Below are positions 18,103-27,764 of a stretch of 64,000 bases of DNA, one piece after another. The stretch comes from an uncultured Fidelibacterota bacterium (lineage in GTDB: Bacteria > Fidelibacterota > Marinisomatia > Marinisomatales > Marinisomataceae): contig CABZHT010000001.1 of assembly GCA_902525615.1 (NCBI GenBank), positions 349,282 through 413,281 of the forward strand, read 5' to 3'. Positions within the stretch are counted from its first letter, which is position 1, and each line of letters opens with the position of its first letter. The notes below the pieces were generated by a model. That model saw nothing but the letters and a program-made list of their open reading frames with translations. It made no database searches and was not told the DNA's origin. The position numbers were made by a program, and so were the translations under genes.

Positions 18103-19006
18103 TTCTATCCTTATAAATATTATATACCTTTTTAATTCCTTTTGATAAAGAGGTAAATTCAAAATCACCTAAGAGTTTTTTTAGTTTTTCAGAAGAAACA
18201 TCTTTACGGTAATTACCATCTTCTATTTCATTACCTGAAAATACTATCTCTAAATCTTTTCTACCCAGTGCTTTTAAAGCAATTTCTGCTATTTCTTTAA
18301 CTGAACATACTTCTTCATTTGCAATATTAACGTTTTCAAAAATATTTTTTTCTATTAATGATTTAATAGCTAAAGCTAAGTCACCTGAGTACATAAATTG
18401 TCTAAGAGGTGTTCCTGTACCTAAAAGATAAATTTTTCCATCTTTAGAGTTATATATTTTATCAATTAATGATGAAACATAATGTGACCTTTCATATTTA
18501 AATTTATCGTCTTCTCCATATAAATTACATGGGATAATATAGCACCAATTACTTTTTTTATATTGCTGCACATATGAATCAATTTGAACAGCCATACATC
18601 TTTTCGCATATGCATAAGAAAAGTTTTGAATGGGAGGAGGTCCATTATACAATTGATCTTCTGTCATGGGGTATCTATCGGCATTTTCTGGATAAATACA
18701 AGTACTTAACACTGCCATTAAATTTTTAGTACCTGAAATATGTGCCGCTTTACACAAATTTGTATTTATAAAAATATTTTCCTCTAGAAAATCAACTGGG
18801 TATTTTAAATTTTCAAGAATTCCTCCTACTCTGCCAGCGATATGAATGATTGTATCAGGTTTTTCTTTTTTAAAAAATTTAGTTGTTTCATCAAGATTTG
18901 AAAGGTCACAATCTTTAGAACTTAAATATATAGCAGTAGGCATAATTTTTTGCAAAGATTGCCCAACCATACCAGTTCCGCCAGTAATAACGATTTTATC
19001 TTTCAT
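18092..19006 (-). CDS. fcl: GDP-4-keto-6-deoxy-mannose 3,5-epimerase/4-reductase (GDP-L-fucose synthase family)
   Basis: IVITGGTGMVGQSL, STCIYP, YAYAKRC and NLYGEDDKF. Length is 304 aa, immediately upstream of gmd. Confidence 0.82.
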   Translation of the reverse strand: MKDKIVITGGTGMVGQSLQKIMPTAIYLSSKDCDLSNLDETTKFFKKEKPDTIIHIAGRVGGILENLKYPVDFLEENIFINTNLCKAAHISGTKNLMAVLSTCIYPENADRYPMTEDQLYNGPPPIQNFSYAYAKRCMAVQIDSYVQQYKKSNWCYIIPCNLYGEDDKFKYERSHYVSSLIDKIYNSKDGKIYLLGTGTPLRQFMYSGDLALAIKSLIEKNIFENVNIANEEVCSVKEIAEIALKALGRKDLEIVFSGNEIEDGNYRKDVSSEKLKKLLGDFEFTSLSKGIKKVYNIYKDRNEK

Positions 19007-19076
19007 AAATTTCAGACAATTATAGGGATATTATGACTATATTTCAATTACATATATTAATACCTTAGTATTCGAA

Positions 19077-19853
19077 GTGATGAAAGTTTCAATTATAACA
19101 TTGACATATAATTCTGAAAAAACGATATCTCGTTCTCTTAAATCTGTTAGTAATCAAACTTATAAAAATATTGAACACATAATTATTGATGGTAAATCGA
19201 AAGATAATACCATTCAAATAATTAATACTCACAATAAACATTCAATATTAGTATCAGAAAAAGATGAGGGTATTTATGATGCATGGAACAAAGGTATGAA
19301 ACTAGCTAATGGTGATATTGTAGGAACTGTAATGTCTGATGACTATTTAAAAAGTAAAACAACTATTGAAAGTATTGTTCAATCATTTAATAAGGAAGGT
19401 TGCGATATTTTATATGGAAATATGGATTTTGTATTAAATGGTGAAATAATAAGAAAATGGAGAGCTGGAAATTTTAAAAAATATAAATACTATTTTGGAT
19501 GGATGCCACCTCCTCCAGCAGTTTATATAAAAAACTCAATTATAAAAAAAAATAAACTATTTGATTTACAATATAAAATTGGCGCTGACTATGAATGGCT
19601 TTTGAGATTATTTTATATTAAAAACTATAATATATTTTACAAAGATGAGTATTTATATACATTAGAATACGGTGGAATAAGTAATAAGTCATTGAAAAAT
19701 GTTTTTAAAGGAAATATGGAAAATTATTATGCTTGGAAAAATAATAACCTATCTAAATTTCCATTTTGGGTTCCTATGAAACCTCTTTTTAAGATTTTTC
19801 AAATAAAGAAGTTAAGTAGTTTTTTTAAGTTCTACTTTTTGAAGTCTAACTGA
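19077..19853 (+). CDS. Family 2 glycosyltransferase
   Basis: VSIITLTYNSEKTISRSLKSVSNQTYKNIEHIIIDGKSKDNT and SDDY (DxD-like). It is the only + strand gene inside the 12.3-37.0 kb minus-strand run. Confidence 0.85.
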   Translation: MMKVSIITLTYNSEKTISRSLKSVSNQTYKNIEHIIIDGKSKDNTIQIINTHNKHSILVSEKDEGIYDAWNKGMKLANGDIVGTVMSDDYLKSKTTIESIVQSFNKEGCDILYGNMDFVLNGEIIRKWRAGNFKKYKYYFGWMPPPPAVYIKNSIIKKNKLFDLQYKIGADYEWLLRLFYIKNYNIFYKDEYLYTLEYGGISNKSLKNVFKGNMENYYAWKNNNLSKFPFWVPMKPLFKIFQIKKLSSFFKFYFLKSN

Positions 19854-21026
19854 TCTTATTGAAATAATATAGCCTATTATTGCAACAAAAAAGAAATTAA
19901 AAAACCTAAGCCCACCAAGTCTAAATTCAACAAAAAATGAGGCTATCAAAAAGGTATAAAGTATATATATGAAAATATTTCTATTTTTTTGAGGCAGATT
20001 CAAAAATTGCTCAATTATTGCAAAAATGTAAACTATAAATACTATTATTCCAGACTCAAAAATTAATGTAAGATAACTGTTATGAAGATGATCGGTAGAA
20101 TCAAATTCGAAAAGGCCCAATTCAAAATTTGTAAGAAACATATTTTTAATATCAAAATAACTGCTATAACCAAATCCAAATAAAAAATTATCTTTCAACA
20201 TTTCAATTGCATAAAACCATACAACTTCCCTACCAGAGCCTAAGTTTTCTAATCTTAGAATATTATAAAAAAAATCTAGTGGAATAATAAAATAAATAAG
20301 ACCAATCGAGAGTCCTAGTAATGCAAAATTTTTCAACCTAACAAAAGAAATAGTAGAAGCAAATATCATAGACAACCAAGCTGTGCGGCTAAACGAAATG
20401 AAAATACCAATGATTATTAATGATATTTTTATGAATTTTAAAGCAATTTTTTTATTAAAGAATAAAGTTGAGAATAAAATTGCAATGGTTGAACCATAAG
20501 AAATTTGATGTTCTAACAAACTCGCAGTATTTTTAAAAAATAGAAAGTTATAACTATCAATAGCTTTAGATGTAACAAAAAATATATTTGAATTTAAAAT
20601 ATTTAATGAGTTGATGATCCCAAAAAAAATCAACGTGTACAAAATTCCCTTACATAGTTTTATAAAAAAATTAAAGGTATCTTTTCTGTCAAATAAAAAA
20701 CTTAAAGCAAGCACATTTGAAAAAAAAGATAAGAAATAGCCTAAAACTCTAATTTCATTTTCAATAGAAAGGTTATGGTAAAATAGTTGAACGAATAAGT
20801 TTAAAAAAAAGAATAGAAAAAAATATTTTAGAAGCATAATTCTTTCATAGACCACTTTTACTTCTTTTTTCCTTATTAAAAAAATCAATACTGATAAAGA
20901 AATAAAAATTTGAAAAAAATAGAAGGGCGTTGCTACATTAAGGAAATTAATAATGAAATGTGTACTACCTAAAAAAGATAAAATAGTTAGTACAATAATA
21001 AAAAATTTTTCAATTGTTATTTTCAA
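19812..21026 (-). CDS. wzy: O-antigen/capsule repeat-unit polymerase (Wzy, O-antigen-ligase-like family)
   Basis: 404 aa with about 10-11 hydrophobic helices, FSRTAWLS and HLHNSYLTLIFESGII (Wzy_C-type motif). GC is very low: 11 of 60 (18%) in the line starting at 20641. Confidence 0.75.
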   Translation of the reverse strand: MKITIEKFFIIVLTILSFLGSTHFIINFLNVATPFYFFQIFISLSVLIFLIRKKEVKVVYERIMLLKYFFLFFFLNLFVQLFYHNLSIENEIRVLGYFLSFFSNVLALSFLFDRKDTFNFFIKLCKGILYTLIFFGIINSLNILNSNIFFVTSKAIDSYNFLFFKNTASLLEHQISYGSTIAILFSTLFFNKKIALKFIKISLIIIGIFISFSRTAWLSMIFASTISFVRLKNFALLGLSIGLIYFIIPLDFFYNILRLENLGSGREVVWFYAIEMLKDNFLFGFGYSSYFDIKNMFLTNFELGLFEFDSTDHLHNSYLTLIFESGIIVFIVYIFAIIEQFLNLPQKNRNIFIYILYTFLIASFFVEFRLGGLRFFNFFFVAIIGYIISIRSVRLQKVELKKTT

Positions 21027-21943
21027 AATAGAATAGGTCCATTAATTTTTGCTAGTTTCCAATAAGTCTTAAGTGAGATAACTTTCCTATTATTTTTAAT
21101 ATAGATTAAGTCATCTTTCATCAAATTATAAGCAATCTTTAAAACTTGAAATGTTTTATACTTTAAAATAAACTGTGTTGAGCGGATAAAAATATAAGAT
21201 AGTACAGATAAAAAATTTAAATTAAGCATAGCGACTTTAATTCTATTTTTTAGGTTTAGACCTGCTACGTCAATTGGGGGAATATACCTTGCATCATCTG
21301 TTTTGTTATGAAATACTTTAATATCTTTTGCATAAAAAATATCATATCCACTATCTTTAACTCTTATAGATAAATCTATTTCTTCTTGTCCATATGGGTA
21401 AAAGTCGTTGTAGTAATTAACTTTATCAAAAATTTCTTTTCGAAATGCATGTCCTGCACCAATAAACCAAGCACATTCAGTTAATGGGTTATTTAGTTTC
21501 TTCATTTTATTAAAAAAAGGAAATTCTTCTCTTCTAAAATCCATATTTTTATTTTTTAATATTGAAAATGCAATTATTCCTATATTTTTATGTTTTTTTA
21601 AAATTTGACGAGCATTTCTAATAGCATGAATTGATTCAAATTCTGCATCGTCATCAATTTCAATTATAATATCTCCCTTTGCTTTTTTAAGGCCAAAATT
21701 TCTACCACCGCTAACCCCAAGATTTTCATTCATTAAATAATAATCTGCTTTATACTTATCTGCTAGCTCTTGGTTTTTTCGCTGCTCAATTTCTTTCGAA
21801 TGATTATCGATAATGATAATTTCTTCAGGCGCTAATGATTGAAGAGATATATTCTCAAGTACAATTCTCATATGAGAAGAGCGATTCATTGTAAGAATTA
21901 CAATTGAAACAGAGCTTGTACTAGATTGGATTGCCTGATCCAT
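21023..21943 (-). CDS. Family 2 glycosyltransferase
   Basis: VSIVILTMNRSSHMRIVLENISLQS, IIIIDNHS, GVSGGRNFGL and IIEIDDDA (DxD). Confidence 0.85.
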   Translation of the reverse strand: MDQAIQSSTSSVSIVILTMNRSSHMRIVLENISLQSLAPEEIIIIDNHSKEIEQRKNQELADKYKADYYLMNENLGVSGGRNFGLKKAKGDIIIEIDDDAEFESIHAIRNARQILKKHKNIGIIAFSILKNKNMDFRREEFPFFNKMKKLNNPLTECAWFIGAGHAFRKEIFDKVNYYNDFYPYGQEEIDLSIRVKDSGYDIFYAKDIKVFHNKTDDARYIPPIDVAGLNLKNRIKVAMLNLNFLSVLSYIFIRSTQFILKYKTFQVLKIAYNLMKDDLIYIKNNRKVISLKTYWKLAKINGPILF

Positions 21944-22953
21944 ATTTCAGTCTCCTTTAACCCTGCATCAAAGGCTGTATACTTCATATTCAATTCTTTT
22001 TTAGAATTTAAATTAGAATATTTAGCTTGTGTAATCAGTAAACTTAGTTCATTTATATCGGGGTTCGCCTTCAGTCCAGATTGAGTTGATTTTAAAAGTG
22101 TATTTGAATATTTATTTTTTTGATACATAATGTTCACTAAAAATCTTAGATATTTTAATATGGGTTTTGCTATAAATCGAATTGGAGCTTGCAACAATAC
22201 AATAAATCTTAAATTAAAATTATTTTTAAATTTGATTTTATTATGATAAGTACCTATATCATAAAAATTATAGTATTCTTTCCATGTTATTTGGTCGTCA
22301 CTAATTATATTGCAAGTAATATTATTATCTTCATACTCACACGCAGAAATAATGGAATTAACCAAATCATTAATATAAGTAAGATTACATTGCGTTATTT
22401 CAGCTTTATAAGGAAGATTAAAACCATTCAATTTTCTTTCAATAATTCGATTTGTCCATAACGTTGATCCTTTTCCATAAATAATTCCAGGTCGTAAAAT
22501 GATAATTTGTAATTTATCTTTCAAACTATTCAGGAATTTTTCTGAATGAATCTTTGCTTTTGAATAGTCTCCTCTATCACCGACCATTTTAGAATTTTCA
22601 TTTATTATTCCTTTTAAATTACCATATACATCAGTACTACTTATGTGTATTAATTTTTTTGCTTTTTTATTAACGCAAGCATTTGCAATATTTGTGGTAC
22701 TATTTACTAAGGTATCGTAATCCCCGTTAATACAGTTAATAACTATGGAAGATTCATCAATCACACTCAAGGTCTCTTCATAATCAAGTGAATTACAAAT
22801 TGTTGTTTTAATTCCAAGATTTGAAATAAAAGAACAACTATTCTTATTTCTAATTATACATTTTAAATCATTTTTTGAATTCATCGATTCAGCAATTGCT
22901 GATCCAACAAATCCATTCGCACCAAAAATTATTATTTTATCTTTCATATGCAT
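21898..22953 (-). CDS. NAD-dependent epimerase/dehydratase-family protein with C-terminal extension
   Basis: IIIFGANGFVGSAI and YSKAKIHSE (YxxxK), plus about 100 aa of extra C-terminus with no recognised motif. Confidence 0.7.
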   Translation of the reverse strand: MHMKDKIIIFGANGFVGSAIAESMNSKNDLKCIIRNKNSCSFISNLGIKTTICNSLDYEETLSVIDESSIVINCINGDYDTLVNSTTNIANACVNKKAKKLIHISSTDVYGNLKGIINENSKMVGDRGDYSKAKIHSEKFLNSLKDKLQIIILRPGIIYGKGSTLWTNRIIERKLNGFNLPYKAEITQCNLTYINDLVNSIISACEYEDNNITCNIISDDQITWKEYYNFYDIGTYHNKIKFKNNFNLRFIVLLQAPIRFIAKPILKYLRFLVNIMYQKNKYSNTLLKSTQSGLKANPDINELSLLITQAKYSNLNSKKELNMKYTAFDAGLKETEIWIRQSNLVQALFQL

Positions 22954-23908
22954 CAGAAATTACTTTTATTGAATTTTCAACATCAAAAAAACTGGTACTG
23001 TTATTTTGAAAATTTAAAAAATTATCAAAAACAACTTTACCTAACTCATAATAATTATCTACTAAACCTTTTGCCATAATAACTTTACGGTAATTAGAGG
23101 AAATTATTTCATAAGAATTAAGATCATTAACTCCAAAGACAATTTTTCCATTTTCAAAAGCAATAATTACTTGATTTGCAAGCTTATACTTCCAACTTAA
23201 TGTAATATTTATAGGTATTTTCTTTTGTTTAGTCTCAAGCTTAATAAATGTGTGTGACTCAGGTAGAAATTTATTTGAATCTTTAAAAAATTCTTTTACT
23301 ACTAAATCATCTTCTAGCATCCATCCAATCAAATCTATAGCATGGGGTCCTCTATCAAGAAGTACTCCTTGTTGATTTTTAAAATAAAATCCGGAAGTAG
23401 AATCCCAATCAAATTTGCTTCCATCAGAATATGATACAGATTTTAAATCACCTAAATTAAAATTATCATTAACATTTATAAGAATTTTTTTTATATCAAT
23501 CGCCAAAGGAGAAAACCTTCTTGTTTGATTAATAAATATTTCTGCTTTTGATTTTTGAATTTTAGCTTTTAAAGTCAGATAATCCTTGTAATTAGAGACC
23601 ACAGGTTTTTCACATAGAATTTTAATATCATATTCTAATAAAATATTTAAAATATCATAGTTGAGTTGATATGGTACTGCTAAAACAACAAAAGAGTAAT
23701 TATTGAAATCAACTTCAGACATATCTTTATACGAAGTTTCGATTTTAAAAGAACTACAAGCAGACTTTAAAGTATTAATATCTTTTTCAAGAATAGCCAC
23801 ATTTTTTCTTTTGAAAAATTTTAATATTGCAGGCAAATGCATATTTTGTGCTATTTGACCGCATCCGATTAAAAGTATTTTACTATTTTTCATAAAAGAA
23901 TTTATCAA
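22937..23908 (-). CDS. Gfo/Idh/MocA-family oxidoreductase (second copy)
   Basis: ILLIGCGQIAQNMHLP and CEKPV (EKP motif). Length is 323 aa. Confidence 0.72.
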   Translation of the reverse strand: MINSFMKNSKILLIGCGQIAQNMHLPAILKFFKRKNVAILEKDINTLKSACSSFKIETSYKDMSEVDFNNYSFVVLAVPYQLNYDILNILLEYDIKILCEKPVVSNYKDYLTLKAKIQKSKAEIFINQTRRFSPLAIDIKKILINVNDNFNLGDLKSVSYSDGSKFDWDSTSGFYFKNQQGVLLDRGPHAIDLIGWMLEDDLVVKEFFKDSNKFLPESHTFIKLETKQKKIPINITLSWKYKLANQVIIAFENGKIVFGVNDLNSYEIISSNYRKVIMAKGLVDNYYELGKVVFDNFLNFQNNSTSFFDVENSIKVISDAYER

Positions 23909-24737
23909 AATCTAAATTTTTAGCACCTTTAATTCTACTTACAGGGCTAAAATTATATACTTTTACCCCTTTTTTAGATAAAAAATCCACGGCACTTTCT
24001 ATTGCAACTTGCATTCTATCTTGTCTTGGAAAGTGCCATCTCTTCCCTTTTCCAAACCAATCTTTGTGTAAATGATTATCATCAGAATCGGTAGAAGTAA
24101 TTATACTCCCATTGATTTTAGCAGATTCTGGTATCTTGTATGATAAGTCAACACCAAACAAGTATATTTTTTTGAAACCTAAAAAGTATGCAATTTGAAG
24201 GCTAAAATATACAACAGTTCCTCCCCAAAACCCCTTTCTAGACAAGTCATCTGAAAATTTAAATTCAAGGTTATTATCTTTTGTGGTCTCCCTTGAATCA
24301 ATATATGTATAATCAAAATTTATGTAAGTCACATTTTCACGATTTTTAATGTACTTTTTTAACTTAAGAGGAACAATAATATCGATATCCTTTATTTTAT
24401 TAAGTTCGGTAGAATTATCTTCTGCAGGTAACGGATCTTCTATAACATATAGAGAGGGCTTAAAAGTGTAAGTGTCTTTAAGTAGATAAAATGCGTTATG
24501 AACTATTGAAAATTTATCTTCTAAAATATTCAAGTTTTGATTTTTAATTGAAGGCCCTCCACCAATTATAAAACATTCATCATAATTTTTCTTAGTTTTT
24601 TTTAGACTATTAATTTTTTTCTTATCTAAATGCAAAGAAAGATTATATCGTACTAAAATATCCATGAAATTCTGATTAAGTCTTTTGATAAAAAAAATGA
24701 ATTGATAAGGAATAAAAAATCTAAAGATTCTTTTCAT
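23883..24737 (-). CDS. DUF115 / MptE-like (Maf- or sialyltransferase-like) protein, putative ulosonic-acid transferase
   Basis: ECFIIGGGPSIKNQNLNIL (the GxGPS loop typical of DUF115/GT42-like proteins) and FLGFKKIYLFGVDLSY (GxD block). Length is 284 aa. Family recalled from memory. Confidence 0.5.
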   Translation of the reverse strand: MKRIFRFFIPYQFIFFIKRLNQNFMDILVRYNLSLHLDKKKINSLKKTKKNYDECFIIGGGPSIKNQNLNILEDKFSIVHNAFYLLKDTYTFKPSLYVIEDPLPAEDNSTELNKIKDIDIIVPLKLKKYIKNRENVTYINFDYTYIDSRETTKDNNLEFKFSDDLSRKGFWGGTVVYFSLQIAYFLGFKKIYLFGVDLSYKIPESAKINGSIITSTDSDDNHLHKDWFGKGKRWHFPRQDRMQVAIESAVDFLSKKGVKVYNFSPVSRIKGAKNLDFDKFFYEK

Positions 24738-25647
24738 TTATTAATAGCTCCATATTTTCTATTGATTCAATTGCTTGATTTTGTACATTATCAATTGTTC
24801 GTGAAGCAGTATGGGGTGAGATAAAAATTTTACTATGACTATTAAAAATTATGCTATTTTTTTTCATTGGTTCCTCTTGGAGTACATCTGTAAGATAAGC
24901 TTGAATTTTTTGTTCTGTAAGCATCGAAATTATATCTGACTCGTTAACTACATGACCTCTTGAAGTATTAATTATGACTAGTTTTTTACTACAGTTTTTC
25001 AAAGAGCTTTTATTAACTAATTCAAATGTAGATTTATCAAGATTTGTATGCAACGATAAAAAATCAACTTCTGAAATTGCATCAGAAATATTTTCATATA
25101 AATCGTATTTATCAGTTTTAACAAATGGATCAACAACTATAACATTCATCTTAAAAGCTTCAGCAAGGCTAGCAACTCTTTTTCCTATAGCACCAAAACC
25201 TACAATCATAATGGTTTTATTTTTTATATCAGATCCTGCAAATCTTTTCCATTCTCCTTTTTTGGTATTTTTATAATTTTCAAATAGATTCTTTGAAAAG
25301 GATAATATTTTAGCAAAAACATGTTCAGCTACAGTATCCGAATTAACTCCTTTGCAATTTACTACTTTAATACCAACTTCTTTAGCATACTCTAAGTCAA
25401 TTTTATCTAAGCCAATACCATATTTTGAAATACCATAAAAAGTATCTCCGCTCCAACTATCTAAAACATCCTTATTAATTTCATCATCTCCACAAATGAT
25501 TCCATTTATGTTTTTTTTAAAATTAATTAGGGCATCAGAGCTTAATGGTCCCCTCAAGTAAAAAATGTTCCAAGATTTTGTTTTTAATAAATCAAAATGA
25601 GCACCGGGAGTATCTTGAAAGGATGTGCTAGTAATTAATATGTTCAT
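24721..25647 (-). CDS. D-isomer-specific 2-hydroxyacid dehydrogenase (SerA/GhrB-like)
   Basis: IMIVGFGAIGKRVA (NAD site), LSLHTNL, IINTSRG and ISPHTAS (catalytic His region). Length is 308 aa. Confidence 0.82.
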   Translation of the reverse strand: MNILITSTSFQDTPGAHFDLLKTKSWNIFYLRGPLSSDALINFKKNINGIICGDDEINKDVLDSWSGDTFYGISKYGIGLDKIDLEYAKEVGIKVVNCKGVNSDTVAEHVFAKILSFSKNLFENYKNTKKGEWKRFAGSDIKNKTIMIVGFGAIGKRVASLAEAFKMNVIVVDPFVKTDKYDLYENISDAISEVDFLSLHTNLDKSTFELVNKSSLKNCSKKLVIINTSRGHVVNESDIISMLTEQKIQAYLTDVLQEEPMKKNSIIFNSHSKIFISPHTASRTIDNVQNQAIESIENMELLINEKNL

Positions 25648-26276
25648 CTTATTAATGAATTAAAATTATGAAAATTTTTGATAGAATATACTACATCACT
25701 ATCAATTAAGTGCTCATTATCTCCTGTTAACCTTATACAAAAATCAATTGAATTCTGTACCGCAGCATCTTTATCGCTAAAGGCATCACCTATAAATAAT
25801 GAATCTTTATTTGAAATGATATTCTTTTTAATTAAATGAGTTAACCAATACTTTTTATCATTTGGTGATCCGTAGGATTTCTTAAAGAAACGTCTAATAT
25901 TTAACTCATCAAGAATTTTTAATAATTCCTCCGAAGGTGTAGCAGAAATGATATAAAAATTATAGGCTGTATGATTATTATCTAAAAACTCCTTAACGCC
26001 TTCAACAAAGGGTGCATTGCATACTTCTTTAAAAACTATTGATGAGAAATTATTAATAATTTTATTATAATCTTCTTTTGGAAGTTTAAATTTATTGATT
26101 ACGTATTCTACTTTATCAAACCTAGAAATTCCTCTATTTTTTAAGTGATAATTTTGACTAAAAGAAGCAACTTTTTCCCCATAATCTAAAAAAATTGAGA
26201 AAAACGCTTTATCCTTTACATGATTAGAATCAATAATCACACCATCAAAATCAAAAATAATTGTCTTATATTTCAT
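25644..26276 (-). CDS. HAD-IA family phosphatase
   Basis: IIFDFDGVIIDS (DxDG nucleophile motif), ISATP and FIGDAFSDKDAA. Length is 210 aa. Confidence 0.8.
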   Translation of the reverse strand: MKYKTIIFDFDGVIIDSNHVKDKAFFSIFLDYGEKVASFSQNYHLKNRGISRFDKVEYVINKFKLPKEDYNKIINNFSSIVFKEVCNAPFVEGVKEFLDNNHTAYNFYIISATPSEELLKILDELNIRRFFKKSYGSPNDKKYWLTHLIKKNIISNKDSLFIGDAFSDKDAAVQNSIDFCIRLTGDNEHLIDSDVVYSIKNFHNFNSLIR

Positions 26277-26899
26277 TTTCCTTCAGCTAAAATTATGTTC
26301 AATTTTTCTTTGTGCTCCATAAGTCGATTTAAAGGGTAAAAATCTTTATTGAAAAACTTTTTATATGCTTTAATTTTACTATCGCCTCTAAAATATAAAA
26401 TTATAGCTCTAGATCTTATAATGAAATCAAGATTAAGCGAAAATCTATTATATTTATGATACTCAGAATTACAATAAAACGAGTGATTTGAGTCATAAAT
26501 AACATCACACTTATTAGGAAAAATTGATGCAACATGTCCGTCATTTCCTACCCCAAGCATACATAAATCAAAATCTCTTTTTTGAAGTGTATCTTCATAA
26601 TTATTTATGGTGTTTTTATAGTTTTTCTCTGGTATGAAACCTTTAAAAGTGAAGTTTTTATATTTTAATTTTCTATATGAATTAAGGTTTGAATCACAAG
26701 AGTCATATTTAACATTTCTTTCATCTGTTAAATAAAAATGAAATTTCAAATTTTCTCGAGACATTCTTTTGAGCATAAATAAAAAACTTGTACCACCAGA
26801 AATTAAAATATCATCACCATCTTGACACTTATTTATAATATATTGAGCTAAAAAATTGTCAGCAGAATTAAGCTCTTCAAAATGTTTAATTGTCATCAT
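26273..26899 (-). CDS. 6-phosphogluconolactonase / glucosamine-6-P deaminase-family protein
   Basis: ILISGGTSF, YLTDERNV and LGVGNDGHVASIFP match the Pgl/DevB signature GxGxDGHxAS(L/I)FP. Length is 208 aa. Confidence 0.7.
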   Translation of the reverse strand: MMTIKHFEELNSADNFLAQYIINKCQDGDDILISGGTSFLFMLKRMSRENLKFHFYLTDERNVKYDSCDSNLNSYRKLKYKNFTFKGFIPEKNYKNTINNYEDTLQKRDFDLCMLGVGNDGHVASIFPNKCDVIYDSNHSFYCNSEYHKYNRFSLNLDFIIRSRAIILYFRGDSKIKAYKKFFNKDFYPLNRLMEHKEKLNIILAEGK

Positions 26900-27764
26900 T
26901 TAAAGATTGTACAATCTCAATTAGACCTTCTCCTAAATCGATATGTGGATTATTAGTAAGTTTTTTAACTGGATCTTTTTGGTAAGAATATGGGGTGCTT
27001 TTGTAATGAGTTTTTGATTGATTTTCATGCATACTAATTTGTAAGGAATTATCAAAGATCTCATTTATCATATCAAATAAATCTTTATACTTCATTGATT
27101 TGGTACCTGTTAACATTAGTGTATTTTTATCATACAACTCTTTAAAACTTTCTATAGTAAGCTCTGCTGCATCTTTCACATTTATAAATTCTCTTACCTC
27201 TTCACCAGTACCAGAATAATCAATTTTAGATTTTTTCAAAGCAGATTTTAAAAATCTATAAATAGAATTTCTATCATCTGAACCTAATCCATATAATGAA
27301 CCATATCGTAAAATAGTATAATTAAAACTATAGTTCTCAGAATACTCTTTAATTATTTCTTCACATGCTTTTTTACCAATAGCATAAAATGAACCACTAG
27401 TTCCTGAAGCATATGCTGAACTTGCGTAGATGTACTTTTTTAGTTTAGATGATTCTTTTAGAACATCTATAATATTTAAGTTAGATATAATATTTATCGT
27501 CAAAGATTCTTTTGGATTTTTATGACAATAGTCTAAATCGGATATTCCTGCAAAATTGATAACATAATCAAATTCATTTTTATTATTTTTTAAAAAATCA
27601 AGATCTTGAACAATATTTGAATGCACATTTGTTAAATTTTTACTTTCAATATTACATGAATTAATATCAAGATTAGTAACTTTGCAACCTTTAAATAAAA
27701 GCTGATTAATTACATGAGACCCTAAAAATCCTGAACCACCAATTACAAGAACATCACTTTTCAT
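26886..27764 (-). CDS. NAD-dependent epimerase/dehydratase (extended SDR)
   Basis: VLVIGGSGFLGSHV and YAIGKKACE (YxxxK). Length is 292 aa. Confidence 0.78.
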   Translation of the reverse strand: MKSDVLVIGGSGFLGSHVINQLLFKGCKVTNLDINSCNIESKNLTNVHSNIVQDLDFLKNNKNEFDYVINFAGISDLDYCHKNPKESLTINIISNLNIIDVLKESSKLKKYIYASSAYASGTSGSFYAIGKKACEEIIKEYSENYSFNYTILRYGSLYGLGSDDRNSIYRFLKSALKKSKIDYSGTGEEVREFINVKDAAELTIESFKELYDKNTLMLTGTKSMKYKDLFDMINEIFDNSLQISMHENQSKTHYKSTPYSYQKDPVKKLTNNPHIDLGEGLIEIVQSLNDDN

